DNA from: Strigamia acuminata
Lineage: Eukaryota
Length of the DNA stretch: 64,000 nt
Assembly (NCBI GenBank): GCA_949358305.1
Contig: OX442314.1
Coordinates: forward strand, 15,624,001 to 15,688,000
Direction: 5' to 3'
Both the position numbers and the translations under genes were made by a program. Every line of letters starts with the position of its first letter. Positions within the stretch are counted from its first letter, which is position 1. The notes beneath the pieces are model-generated. The model did not search any database. It was not told the origin of the DNA and was given only the letters and a program-made list of their open reading frames with translations. Below are positions 1 through 12,200 of this stretch, one piece after another.

Positions 1-522
1 GCAAATATATTGCAAGCCATATTTAAAAAATGTAATAAAAACTTTAATAAAAGTAATTAAATGCTATTAAAATAGAAATAAAACAACCGTGACAAGTTTG
101 TTGATGAAATTACATCAACTTTTAAAAGACGTTAATGGAGTAACTCTAATTTGATTTTTCTGTGTTGTCAAAAGTTAACGAAAAATAAGATTTGTACATT
201 TAGAAAGTGCATTTCATTTCGTACAGTTGCCGTTACGCATCGTAAAATTGATGTAAAAACAAAACAGATTTTCTGAAATTCTAAAAGAAACTGCGGGTTA
301 TCTGTTACGTATCGCTTTCATTAGGGCGTGTCATTTTAAAACAGCGACACAATTTGCAGCGACACAATATAGAGCGACACAACCTACAGCGAATTTATTT
401 TATTCTTTATTTATTTATTTATTTATTTAAATTTAAATTTAAATTTAAATAAAATTTAATGAAATTACTTGTATTTTATTACAAAACTGGCAAAAAAAAT
501 GTATTTTAAGTCAAAGATTTAA

Positions 523-1261
523 AGGTCATGAAGAGAAATGAAAATTTTCTCTCATGTCTTCAAAATAACCTGAAAAAAGGTTTTGTGACATTTTTAACTG
601 TCAAACTTAAAAAATAATTAAGTATGAGTGGTTTTACATGATCAGATCATGTTTTTACCATTTGAAAAAGGGAGCCATTTTGTGCATTGCATTCTGGGAA
701 TTTTATGTCGTCGATGACGTCATTTGTAAACACGAGGTAAACACACATCATGCGTACATTGTTTCTTAATAAAACTGTTACTCACTTTACTCACTTTTCT
801 CATTTGTTATCACGGGGTATTGTGCAGCTGTGGTATGCCAAAATTGATCAAAAAGTGGAAAAATATCAATTTTTGTAGATAAAAATTTTGATTTAAAATC
901 AACTTTGTAGCTAAAAACATTGATTTTATAGCTAAAAACACACATGAAACCTCAGATGTAGTTAAAACATCCAAATTAACATCTCCTTTATCACAAACGC
1001 ATAAAAACATGCTAAAATCACGAATTTTTGCTTGAATTCACCTGCTTGTTTGTCGTCGATGACGTATAAATAACGCCACCTGGTGACAGTATTTATAAAC
1101 TTTTAAAAACTGTCATGGCGGAACAATTACTACTCGGTTAGAAGTTTAACAATGCTTTTAAATAATACCCGGTAAGTTTGACAGTTAAAAATGTTACATA
1201 ACTTTTTTTCAGGTTATTTTGAAGACATGAGAGAAAATTTTCATTTCTCTTCCCATGACCT
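523..1261. mobile_element. Non-autonomous DNA transposon (MITE) with TTAA TSD, Kolobok/T2-type ends
   Basis: About 87-bp imperfect TIRs AGGTCATG..AGAGAAATGAAAATTTTCTCTCATGTCTTCAAAATAACCTGAAAAAA (523-609 and 1173-1261), flanked by TTAA at 519-522 and 1262-1265. Confidence 0.85.
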
Positions 1262-1360
1262 TTAATACATTTAAATTAAACTAAGGGGAAAATGAACTTT
1301 CGCTTCCACGTTCGCGTCCACGTCCACAGCCACGCCCGGATGGACGCCCGCATGGACGCC

Positions 1361-1495
1361 TGAATTTGTGCCATTTGCACTTGAATTGGTGCCATTTGCA
1401 CTTGAATTCGTGGCATTTCCACATGAATTTGTGCCATTTGCATCTGAATTCACGCCATTTCCACCTGAATTTGTGCCATTTTCACATGAATTCTG
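1361..1495. repeat. 21-bp minisatellite, about 6 units
   Basis: Unit TGAATTTGTGCCATTTGCACT; preceded by degenerate GC-rich 12-bp repeats at 1306-1360. Confidence 0.85.
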
Positions 1496-2699
1496 GTGAT
1501 TTATCCTTGAATGAATCTTAATATATTAAAAAAGAATTTTCGCAGTTTTCGATGCACATTGTGTCACAGTAGGTGGAGTCGCGCTAGACTGTTTTCGCAG
1601 TATATTGTTGTTTTAAAAATTTGTCCTGGTAGATTGTTGTCGCCGTATATTGTGTGACGGCAGGTGTGCGTCCCCCTTTCAATTCCCAGCAGTGCGGTTT
1701 GTAACCATACCTAATTTTTGTTACATTTTAAATAAAAACAAGAATATTTGAAAGAAAGAAATTCTCATTTTTGGCCCTCTTTTTGCTGTAATCGACACAC
1801 AATAGGCGCTGCCTGGGTTCTTTAATTATTCTTTTTCATTGGGCCTAACCAAAACTTAACAAAACGCCCAAATGAATGGGCCATTCAAAACTAAAAAAAA
1901 AAGATTTAAAAAAATAATAGAGAGATAGAATAGCTAATTCAGCAATCTCAAGAGTCAACTTTGGTATCGCCATAGATTTGAAAGAACTATTTAGTTTACA
2001 AATACGAGAAGCGAAAAGTGCGATTGACAATGTGATTGACAATTTCTTGATTTCCTGCAATGTGTTTACATTGCAGGAAATTTTGTAACTCAATGAGCCG
2101 TTGAAAGCAAATGGTCGCTGAACCATTAAACCAACTGAACGAGCAATTTTTCCCGTTCTTTAGTTTGATCGGCCCAACATTTTGGAAACTTGAGAAAAGC
2201 AAATACACGTCAAATTCTAACTTTCGAGAAAACTGAAAAATTAAAAGAATGAAGCTTCCAGAATGATTTTATTAATTTTTCCCGGGACCAATTCCAACCC
2301 CATCTTTCAACACGCTTTTGAACCTTTATACTTGAACTGTATTGCCACCAGATGCCAGCAGACATCAGACTCCAAGAAAAACTACGGTACTTGCCCAAGA
2401 GAAGCACGAACAACATTGAAATAAATAAGGTTTGTTACATTTCACTTACTTCCAATAACCAAGATGCAATTAAATTACTAAAATGCCGTATTGTTATGAT
2501 GATAATGATGCTTCCATTACGAATACTTTGCCTACCCTACAACTCGGGAGAATGACAATCGATAAACAAATTGGGATTTCCAACGGATTTACAAATCCAA
2601 TGCTATGATTTGCAGATTTGGAGATTTAAATTAAGAATAAAAATATCGTTGCATATGGATTGCCAAGTTCCCAATTTTGTTGTCGGCTTTATTGATAAC

Positions 2700-2931
2700 G
2701 ATTTGTCCACAGATTCTTTGGATTTTTATAAATGTTCCAAGGATTTGTCCACAGATTCTTTGGATTTTTATAAATGTTCCAAGGATTTGTCCACAGATTC
2801 TTTGGATTTTTATAAATGTTCCAAGGATTTGTTGGATTTTTATAAACGTTCCAAGGATTTTTTGGATTTTTATAAACGTTCCAAGAATTTGTTGGATTTT
2901 TATAAATGTTCCAAGGATTTGTTGGATTTTC
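2700..2931. repeat. Minisatellite with 42-bp and 30-bp units
   Basis: 3x GATTTGTCCACAGATTCTTTGGATTTTTATAAATGTTCCAAG followed by about 3.5x of a 30-bp deletion variant. Confidence 0.9.
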
Positions 2932-3182
2932 ATTTATTGTAACAATCTGCATAGATTTGGAAATCCTAGATTTTTACCACGCTCATTCGCACTTCCCTGC
3001 AGTGCAATTAGCTTTCTCATACAAGTAATTGATAAATTCATTTAAGTTACGCTTAAACGAATATAAATTTGCAACTATGCAGTGTGCGAAATCGTTTAAG
3101 AAAATAAAATATTTGTATCCTGTAAACATTTGGATGGGAAAGGAGAAAATTAAATCTCAATCTCATTATCTTCTTTCCTTAC

Positions 3183-3297
3183 CCTGAACTCCAATGTTGT
3201 TCTGGTAATGGATATCCCACGGCTAAACATGAAAGTGACACATTTTTGTTCACAGATGTCAGTATAGTCTCAGGGAACGAAGCAATCCTCGCAGGAG
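3183..3297 (-). CDS. Dscam: Dscam exon, Ig10 N-half (last exon found in window)
   Basis: 115 nt, gttag|CTC...CAGG|gtaagg; APARIASFPETILTSVNKNVSLSCLAVGYPLPEQHW. Confidence 0.92.
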
Positions 3298-6200
3298 CTA
3301 ACAAAATCAATAGAATATAAATTTTTGAGCACGGTTGCCACCCAGGGCTAAATGTTGGCAATTACCTTTAGATTTCGGTTTTTGCGATACCACACGCGTG
3401 CTCTCTCCCTCACCAACAATAGTAGAAGCAGTAATCCAAAATTCATAACGCAGATTTTCAGATAAGTCTCTCACTTCGTGAGTGTATTGGTCCGGGTCCA
3501 TGGACGGAAATTTTGTCGTATGCTAAAAAAAGATTTAGAATAAAATTTAATTTAACAATTGTCACTTTAAAACTTCTCGTTTAAGTTTTAATGTCATGTA
3601 AATGCAACCCCGGCGATCCGCACTTGGTAGGCCTACTTTTATTTTAGATTTGAGCAGCCAAGATGACAAAAGTTATAAAATTTCATATTTTATAAATCTA
3701 ACTTATCTTGTATCTAATTGAAAATTCGCTGTTGTGAATTGAACGCGAAAACTTTCCATTCTCGAGACGTTTAATCATTAGGGACATTGCAGAATTCAAT
3801 TATGCAACTCAACTTTGGCATGTTGTACAAGTTTGCTTTTGCATTTACAAGCTTTGTGGATCAAGTTTCCCGAAAGCAATAGTTGCTAAATAACATTGTT
3901 ATTGTTATGTTACTCTATTCAACATTCAAGGTTTGGTTTTTACTACTGTTTTTGTCGAGCATTTATGCAACTTCGATTTAAATTTTTATTTTACCTGTTT
4001 TTTGGTATCAACACTTCTCATGTAGAGCGTAAACTTGGTGATGATTCCATTCGAATGTCTAGGTTTAGTCCAAGAAACTAAAATGGACGTTGATGTTGTA
4101 ACTAAAGCCTTAATATTACCAGGAGCACCAGGAACTATGAAATGATACAACATAAAAAGTCAAACACTATATTTTCGACGAAATCCTTTATTTGTTTTTA
4201 CCATCCTGTAAAGTTTGGCAGTAAATTGGTGAGCTCTTTTTCCCATCTCCAATCCTCGTAAAGGCAACAACTCTAAAAGTGTAATTCGTCCACTTCTCTA
4301 AATCGTGTAAGGTCACAGTGGTGTCTACAGTTATTTTGATTTCGTAGAAATCATCTTCAGTATCTAAATGTTAACAAAAAAAATCATTGTTTAAATAAAT
4401 TAAATCATAAATCACAAAACAACAAAATTTTAAAAAAAAATTAAAAAAAATGCAATAAGAGAAAAAAACATGTGGATAAAATGTTGACGAAACTTAATCT
4501 TGTCTTTTGTTTGTCATAAACTTTAATGAAATGTGTGTCATTTTGTTAAACACCAGAAAATGTCACAGAAACAGGGCCGTCTGCAGATTAAATCGCACCC
4601 TAAGGCAGAAGAGTGTTGCGTATTAATCAGGACACGACACTCCCCCTTACGCTACTGCTATATCCTGTCGTAATACATCCCTGGTTAAGTGGCGCCGTGA
4701 AGCAGACTAGGTAGCTCAATGATACACTCTGCCGACGTTGAATTCAATCAGGTTGGTCAATTTAAACATTTATTTTAATCGTTTGTTCAATTTAAACATT
4801 TATTTTAATCGTTTGTTCAATTTAAACATTTATTTTAATCGGTTTGTTCAATTTAAACATTTTTGAAAATCGTTTTGTTGAATTTAAACATTTTTGAAAA
4901 TCGTTTTGTTCAATTTAAACATTTTTGAAAATCGTTTTGTTCAATTTAAACATTTTTGAAAATCGTTTTGTTCAATTTAAACATTTTTGAAAATCGTTTT
5001 GTTCAATTTAAACATTTTTGAAAATCGTTTTGTTCAATTTAAACATTTTTGAAAATCGTTTTGTTCAATTTAAACATTTTTGAAAATCGTTTTGTTCAAT
5101 TTAAACATTTTTGAAAATCGTTTTGTTCAATTTAAACATTTTTGAAAATCGTTTTGTTCAATTTAAATATTGAACTTATTCGTTTTGGTCAATTCAGATA
5201 TTAAATTCAGTCGTTTTAGACCCGCGTTGTATAAAAATCCCGCGCTCAATTAGAGTATGTATGGTAAATGAAGATTACCTCATGTCTCACCCATGATACC
5301 CACTTGAATAATATTCCACAAAATATAGAAGCGCCATATAAAAATAATTTAATCCAATTTCAAAATATTTTGTCCACATTTTTCTCTCTAACTTGTCAAA
5401 ATGAACTCATAACTTACCATCATCGCCATGATCAGACTTGTAAAATGTTTTATACCCTAAAATAATCCCATTATGGGAAGAAACTGGAGGAGGGCTCCAA
5501 GACAAATTAAGACGCTGCGAACTAAGTGGCTCACAGTGTATAAGATGAGGAGGATCGGAAGGAACTGTTGAGAACAAAATAAAGAACGATCGATTAATAC
5601 ACACATTCTTTCATAATTACAATACTCAAGTACTCTACATAACAAGCAATGGACAGCATTTTTTAAATGAAAAATTGTTTATATCAAACTTAATAAACAT
5701 TCTTTGCTGTCAAATTTCAAATTTAACAACGTTCGGAATTTGGATATTTACCATCCTCGTCCGTGGCGGCCACAATACTTTCAGACGCTGGCCCATGACC
5801 CGCCCTATTATACGCCTGAACCTTTATGGAATAGTTTGAATATTTTTCCAACGGACTTAGATAAACTTTGTTGCTCAACAAATCTTTTTCTTTCTCCACC
5901 GTTTTGTAAAAATATTGGCCCGCACTGTCCATGAGTTTAAACCCAATGTTGTAACCAAGAATTTCCCCATTCATTTCTTCAATCCTTGGCGCCTTAAAAA
6001 ACAAAAGAACATAAAACCAAATTCATAAGTTGCAAAAATCCAGAGAAAAATTTGAATTACCTGCCAAGTCACCAGCAAAGTTCCAGAGCCTATGCTTTCA
6101 GCACGAACATTCCTTGGCGCTCCAGAGGGTTCTGAAGAATTTATTTCAAGTAATTAGCTTTTATTCGTGTTATGAAGCTCCAGCGTTTTAAACTACTACT

Positions 6201-9200
6201 CTACCTTCCTCCGCAGTAGCAATAGCGATGCCATTGCTCGGTTGGCCGTAACCTAAATCATTCTCGGCTAAAATCCGGAAACTGTACGCAGTCCCAGGCA
6301 GGAGGTTACTGATAATTGCGGTCACTACAATGCCTGTGGTAGTCACATTGTTCATATGAGGCTTCCATTCCTCTAAAGAGAATCGGCAGCAATTAACATA
6401 AATCTACTGAATAGAACACTCAAAGTTGACGGGCAAGTTTCACGTTTTCTAATAAGCCATTTGCACTTGTCAACAGTGTCAGGAAGTTATTTTCGAGAGG
6501 TAAACTTTTCCTATAATCCAATCGTATAATTACAAGTGGCTGGATTAAAAATCCGCCGCGTAACCACAAATGCAACTAATGATCAAATAGACTACTATAG
6601 GGAGATTAGGTGAATTTACAAAACGGAATGAGCCAGACCTAATTCGAAAATTAGTTTTCAAGACAATGTAATTCCAGCAAAGCTCCGAGTTAATTACATC
6701 AGTCAATTAAATTAGTTTCGTCAACTAAATCATAATACCACACATCGGCATTCAATTTTAAATGTAACTGGGAAATTACTCGTTGTCTAACAGATGCTTT
6801 TTGTTTTTGTTAGATCATTTAAACACACCGGAACGAAGTTCCAGGTCTTTCTCCATCCAATCTATGGTGGCCCCGGGTTTATTGCCGGTGTAATCATCAT
6901 GAACTAACTTTAAAATGATTGTGACAAACCCCATGGAGACAAAAATGAGATCATGTGATCATGTCTCAACCAATCAAGATAGATTTTCATTTCAAATCAA
7001 CTATAACTTGTCAAATTACAAAATCTTCTGTTTAAAATCCACTTTTTCAACCATATTTTTCAAAACTTAATTTTCCTTACGGCGTACCGTACACAAAATC
7101 AATTTCCCCAGCTCCCAGCCTCCAGCCCATGTGATCCGAGTCGCATCTTGCGGTGGCTAGGTGCATTTTTAGGAGTTTTTCGATTACAGTCTAGCAGCGA
7201 ACCGATCAATAGCCAATAAAAGTTTATCCCAGTTTATCGCAAGTAGTTTTAAACAGAGTTTAGAAGAATCGGGGCATTGCTTTTTCCCAAAAGAGGAGCA
7301 AGCAAAATTCTATCTTTGTTTACTTACCAGATGATAATTTATATTGCACAACAAATCGTTTAATAGGATATGATCCTTCAGGTGGAGGGTTCCAATGCAA
7401 ATGGACATTTCGGCTATCATGATTTGCTATCCGAATATTATCGGGAGCTTCCGGCGGTTCTGCATTAAAAATTGTCACTTGAAACGAAGTAATGAATTGG
7501 CGGCGTGCAATGCAAACAATCCATTACCTCGAATTAGAAGATAAATATGCGCCACATCTTTTCCAAACGCATTCGTTGCTGTGCATTCATACACACCTCC
7601 ATCTTGTTTATCCAAGTATGTTATTACCAACTCGGACATGAGACCCTGATGAATGGTGAAGTCATTTCTACTTATTCTGCCAAGAAAAGGAAACATCTCT
7701 TCCTCTATAGTTATAAATTACAGCTCAAACTGTTGTAAGACTTGTTTACCTGTCATCCTCTAGGGATTCCAATGGAACTTTATCTTTCGTCCAAGTAATG
7801 GTCATGGGAGAATCTCCGTAAGCCCTGCAATCCATTTGAACCGAATCTCCTCTCTTAGACGTTTTATTCTGCGACTTTAATTCGAAGTATGCGGGCACTA
7901 CACAAAATTACTTTTATTTTTATCGCACTAACATCACACAAATACACAGACACAAACACATGCCTTTAACTTTGACTTGCACCACCTTACTCAAAGGCGG
8001 CCCTATGCCGTTCGTCACTTCGCACAGGAAATATCTCTCATCCTTTTTGCTCACATCCCGGATGTGCAGAGATCCGTTAGCTAAAATTAGAACTCGATCA
8101 TGGGTCAATGGCAATTCGCCGTAGTCGCCAGGAAACCTGCCTAGGAAAGCCTTGTCTTGTGTTACGTGCCTACAAAAACGTTCACGAGAGTTTCACCTGT
8201 CGCTTGTTTCCAAGTGATGGTTGGCGACGGCGATCCCTCAGCGGCACAATCTAGCGTTACGCTGCCTTGAAACACAATATGCACGTCAGACGGTTGAACA
8301 ATCCACTTTGGCGGCACTGCAATAAACAGCATTATTGTCTACAGTTTCTCACACAATGCACGAAGCGTGCGAAATCAAATAAATTGAGTTTAATAACGAA
8401 CAACAAACAAACCGTCAACATAAATTTCCGTCGTTCTATTGACTGACGCTACTTTGTTACTAGCGATGCACGTGTAATTTCCGTGGTGGTCAATAGTAAT
8501 GCTAGAAAACGTGACCACGCTGGAAAAGTCGTCGTCCTTGCGGATGCTTACGCCCGAACCCCTCGTTAGTGGGCGCGCGTCTTTGAGCCACGTAATTGTG
8601 ATTGGTAAATCCCCCTCGGTGACGACACATTGAAGCCGTGTCCGAGATCCCACCTGAAGTCCATGACGAGCAGGAAACGATATGGAATCTATTACTGGTG
8701 GAACTGCAGAAACCGAGAGACAACTTTTTATGGGTTAGATGTTCGTTGACATTTTTTTTTTCAAAGATAAGCGCTTTTTTATGGGAGAATTCGAACCAAA
8801 AACAAAACAAAGACGCCCAGGGAGAAAATAAAATGAAATAAATGCGACCGATTTGTTCAAATCGCCTACTTACTCGAAGCTTACTCCGTTCGTCCCACCC
8901 ACTTTAATTAATCAAAACGCTTGAGAGAAAATAAAATAAACGCGGTGACAGCCAAACGTGTCTAATGTATTGATATCCTTCAGTGAATTTCCATAATGCT
9001 ATGCAAATTCTCAACCATTTACCATACTGCTTTACGCGCAGTCGCCCTCCAGGGCTTAGCTACATGACTAACTACAGGACCGAATTAACGGTGGGGGCAA
9101 GGGGGCAAACTCCCCCGATCTCCTGGCACACAGTATATGTACAAAATAAATTTTCAGATAAAAATACATGTCTTTGTACAGTATATACGGAATAAATGCA

Positions 9201-12200
9201 TTTTCAAACTAAAAAAAAAAAGGCAATTTTTCGGCTCAAAATCAATTTTTCGGCTCAAAATCAATTTTTCGGCTCAAAATCAATTTTTCGGCTCAAAATC
9301 AATTTTTCGGCTCAAAATCAATTTTTCGGCTCAAAATCAATTTTTCGGCTCAAAATCAATTTTTCGGCTCAAAATCAATTTTTCGGCTCAAAATCAATTA
9401 TTCGGCTCAAAATCAATTATTCGGCTCAAAATCAATTATTCGGCTCAAAATCAATTTTTCGGCTCAAAATCAATTTTCATCCCATAAAAATGTATTATTT
9501 CACCGGAAAATGCATTGTTTTGCGTGATAAGACAATTTTTAGCTCAAAATCAATTTCCGTCCCATAAAAAGGCACTTTTCCGCTTGCTAACGCATTTTAT
9601 TTTTTGCTTGAAAATGTAGTAAAGATGTCTTTTCTGAATAATCATGGCAGAGGCGAATTTCTGGTCGGGAAAAGGAAGAAGCTTCTTGTTCCCCTAAATA
9701 AAAATAATAAGTCCAAAAAAAATTTTGAAAATTTTTCTCGGGCAAAACTTTTTTTTTGGAATTAAGGACCCTTAGCAGCAGTGTGGGCCCCCTTTCCTCC
9801 GAGAACTTCGAAAACCAGAATTCCGCTCCTGATTCATGGGTCCCCGAAGCTTTAATCCGGCCCTGACTCATTGTGTCCTACATCCAAACGTGGCAATGCA
9901 TTGTGAAATTGCGCGTTTTGATTTGACTTATATCAAATTGTGTATTGAATAAATGCCCGATAAAATAAAATAAAAAAAAAAAATTGTTTTTTTTGAAAAA
10001 ATTATTTTTTCAATTTTAGATAAGAAATAATTTTAAATTTAACAAGTAATGCCTACCAGTTACGTATACTCTTCTCGTTTGTTGTGACGTTTGATCATTG
10101 TTATTTCTCACAAAGCACGTGTAATCTCCTTCATCCAGACTCTTCGCTACTCCTTCAATCCGTAAAATACCGTTTGTCAGAACTCGTTGTCTGCGATCCG
10201 TCGGTAATAAATTTCCCTCTGAATAACATTCAATAAATCATTGAAAAAATGCAATCACGATAAACGATTCAAAGAAATGACAATTTCAAACAGTAAAACA
10301 TTTTTATGATAATTTTGTGCCTGCAAACAGTGATAAAATTAATCTATTCCCTTCATTTATTTACTGTTTCACCTCCACCATCTATCAACAACTTTTACAA
10401 TGTTTGAACAATGTTCGTTGACAACCTCTAGAACAATGGTTGCATTGTAAGAGTGCAGGAATTTTCGCCCATTCACTCACCATATCTGTACAAGCAAACG
10501 AAGATCAACACACTCGTGCGTTTGCTAGAAGTGACAAATACACGCACGTCGCTTTTAATGGGTCGCAGAAGGTCCCCACACTTGTCTCAAACATTGATAG
10601 CCTCTTCGTGCTGGGGATAAGTGGAGTAAGGCCACTTTTAAAGGGGTCAACTCTCATAATCGTCTTATCATTTCTTAAAGATGAAAAATACGACTCTACT
10701 TATGGCGCCATTAAGCAGTGCGGTGAAAACCCTCTTTTCTCGAGGTGACAAAAGAAAAAAAGAAGAGAAACTTCATCTCTCAAAGAGCAAAAGTTTGAGA
10801 AACGAAAGCCAGGTATTGGCACCGACGCAACAACAAGTTTTCAATCTTCATCGTTCTGCGAGATGTAATAACATTTTTTCTTTTACCTCCCTCTTTTATC
10901 AGATTATGTTTGGCTGTGGTTCCTTGGGGAAAGTCCTACTGCCAATTTGGCATGTGCGTGCCTGGCTCTCATATAGAAAATGCAATCCCAAGAGGAGGAA
11001 AGTGTAGAATGTAATGAACGACTCTTGAAAAATTGTTATCGTTTATTAGCGTTTAAGCACTAGTAAAGAATTGTCAGTTTTATCTGAGTTAATAGGAAAA
11101 CAGAAAAAACTAAATGAAATATTGTCTTACCTTTCTTCCAAGTGATTGATGTCACGGGATAACCAAGGTACGGACAAATTAGTTGTAAATCTTTTCCTGA
11201 CACGGCATATTCATTCGGTAGCGACTTGATAGAAACGGGACCTGCAATTTGAGAGCAAAAAAAATATTTCATATTCATTAATTACGTGCCTTTTACTTTT
11301 TAATTAAGGAATGGTCAACTTGTAAGATCGGATGGTGTTGTATACAAGTCTGAATGATCCTTGTAACCCCTGTATACACTGTAATTACAGCCCTACATTG
11401 TAATGATGGATGGTATGCTTGGGGACTAATTTACCTCATCATAATTTACGTGCTAGCGGAAACCACAAACGTCTTGCTCTGATAATAAGTATCTTCAGAG
11501 AAATGATAAAACATCGCTCTTCTGCACGTTTATAAAAAAATGAACAATTTATTGCATGATACAAAGAAAAAAGTTCAAAATAAATTATATAAAGAAAGAT
11601 TTTCTCGAGGTCAGAGTAAATTTTTCACAAGTAATGTTTTTTTTTCAATGCTATACTTGAATTTTACGAACAACTCATAAAATATTTGACCGTAACTTAA
11701 TTTCAGTCAATATTTTTTTTTACCTCAGAGCATTTTGTTCTACAATTCATCCATCATTATAATAATTTATTTCCAGCACGACATATAATCGGAAAGTGTC
11801 GAGTAATTTGCGGCTTCCTCCGCGCGCCTATTTACACTACTTTCAACTTCCACTCCCAGTTAAAGCCGTGGCGAGGGCTTGCAGTTGGAATTTACGATCT
11901 TAGTGTGGCGTGTAAGCGCTTTATTATGCACTAGATGGTCTTGTTTGTGGTGAGAATCAAGTTGGATTAAACGAAAAAAAATTAACAAAAAAAAACCAAC
12001 AAACAAACAAACAAACAAAAAATCTGTTACTTAAACACAGGGAGTACATAATTCAAAAACAAAAATAAAACCTGCTGTTATACATCTAAATTTAATGTCT
12101 TCATACGAAACATAACAGACAAAATATTTCACCAAACTTGTATTCCTTTTTGCAAATAGGTAGAAAAATTAATTTCAATTAAGCATGCAGTCGAAAGTCA

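Larger units (their letters stand above)
324..1675. mobile_element. Older foldback/MULE-like non-autonomous element hosting the TTAA MITE
   Basis: GG...CC ends with degenerate ~15-bp subterminal repeats (CAGCGACACAAT.. on the left, inverted copies at 1540-1665). Flanks CTTTCATTA (315-323) and CTTTCAATT (1676-1684) resemble a degraded 9-bp TSD. Confidence 0.5.
9075..9865. mobile_element. hAT-like MITE carrying a 20-bp tandem array
   Basis: TIRs CAGGACCGAATTAA and TTAATCCGGCCCTG (12/14), GC-rich subterminal boxes; 8-bp flanks ACTAACTA / ACTCATTG match only 5/8. Confidence 0.65.

Noticed and set aside
1271..1453. ORF with NSSANGT repeats
   Set aside because: Translation of the 21-bp minisatellite.
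2571..3045. Four overlapping ORFs with repeated peptides (DLSTDSLDFYKCSK and others)
   Set aside because: By-products of a minisatellite whose units are multiples of 3; open on both strands with no gene context.
4572..4660. CAGGGCCGTC hAT-like end
   Set aside because: No matching inverted partner or TSD found.
9137..9567. Repetitive ORFs, or a CRISPR-like array
   Set aside because: Head-to-tail 20-bp units with no unique spacers, inside a MITE in a eukaryotic intron.
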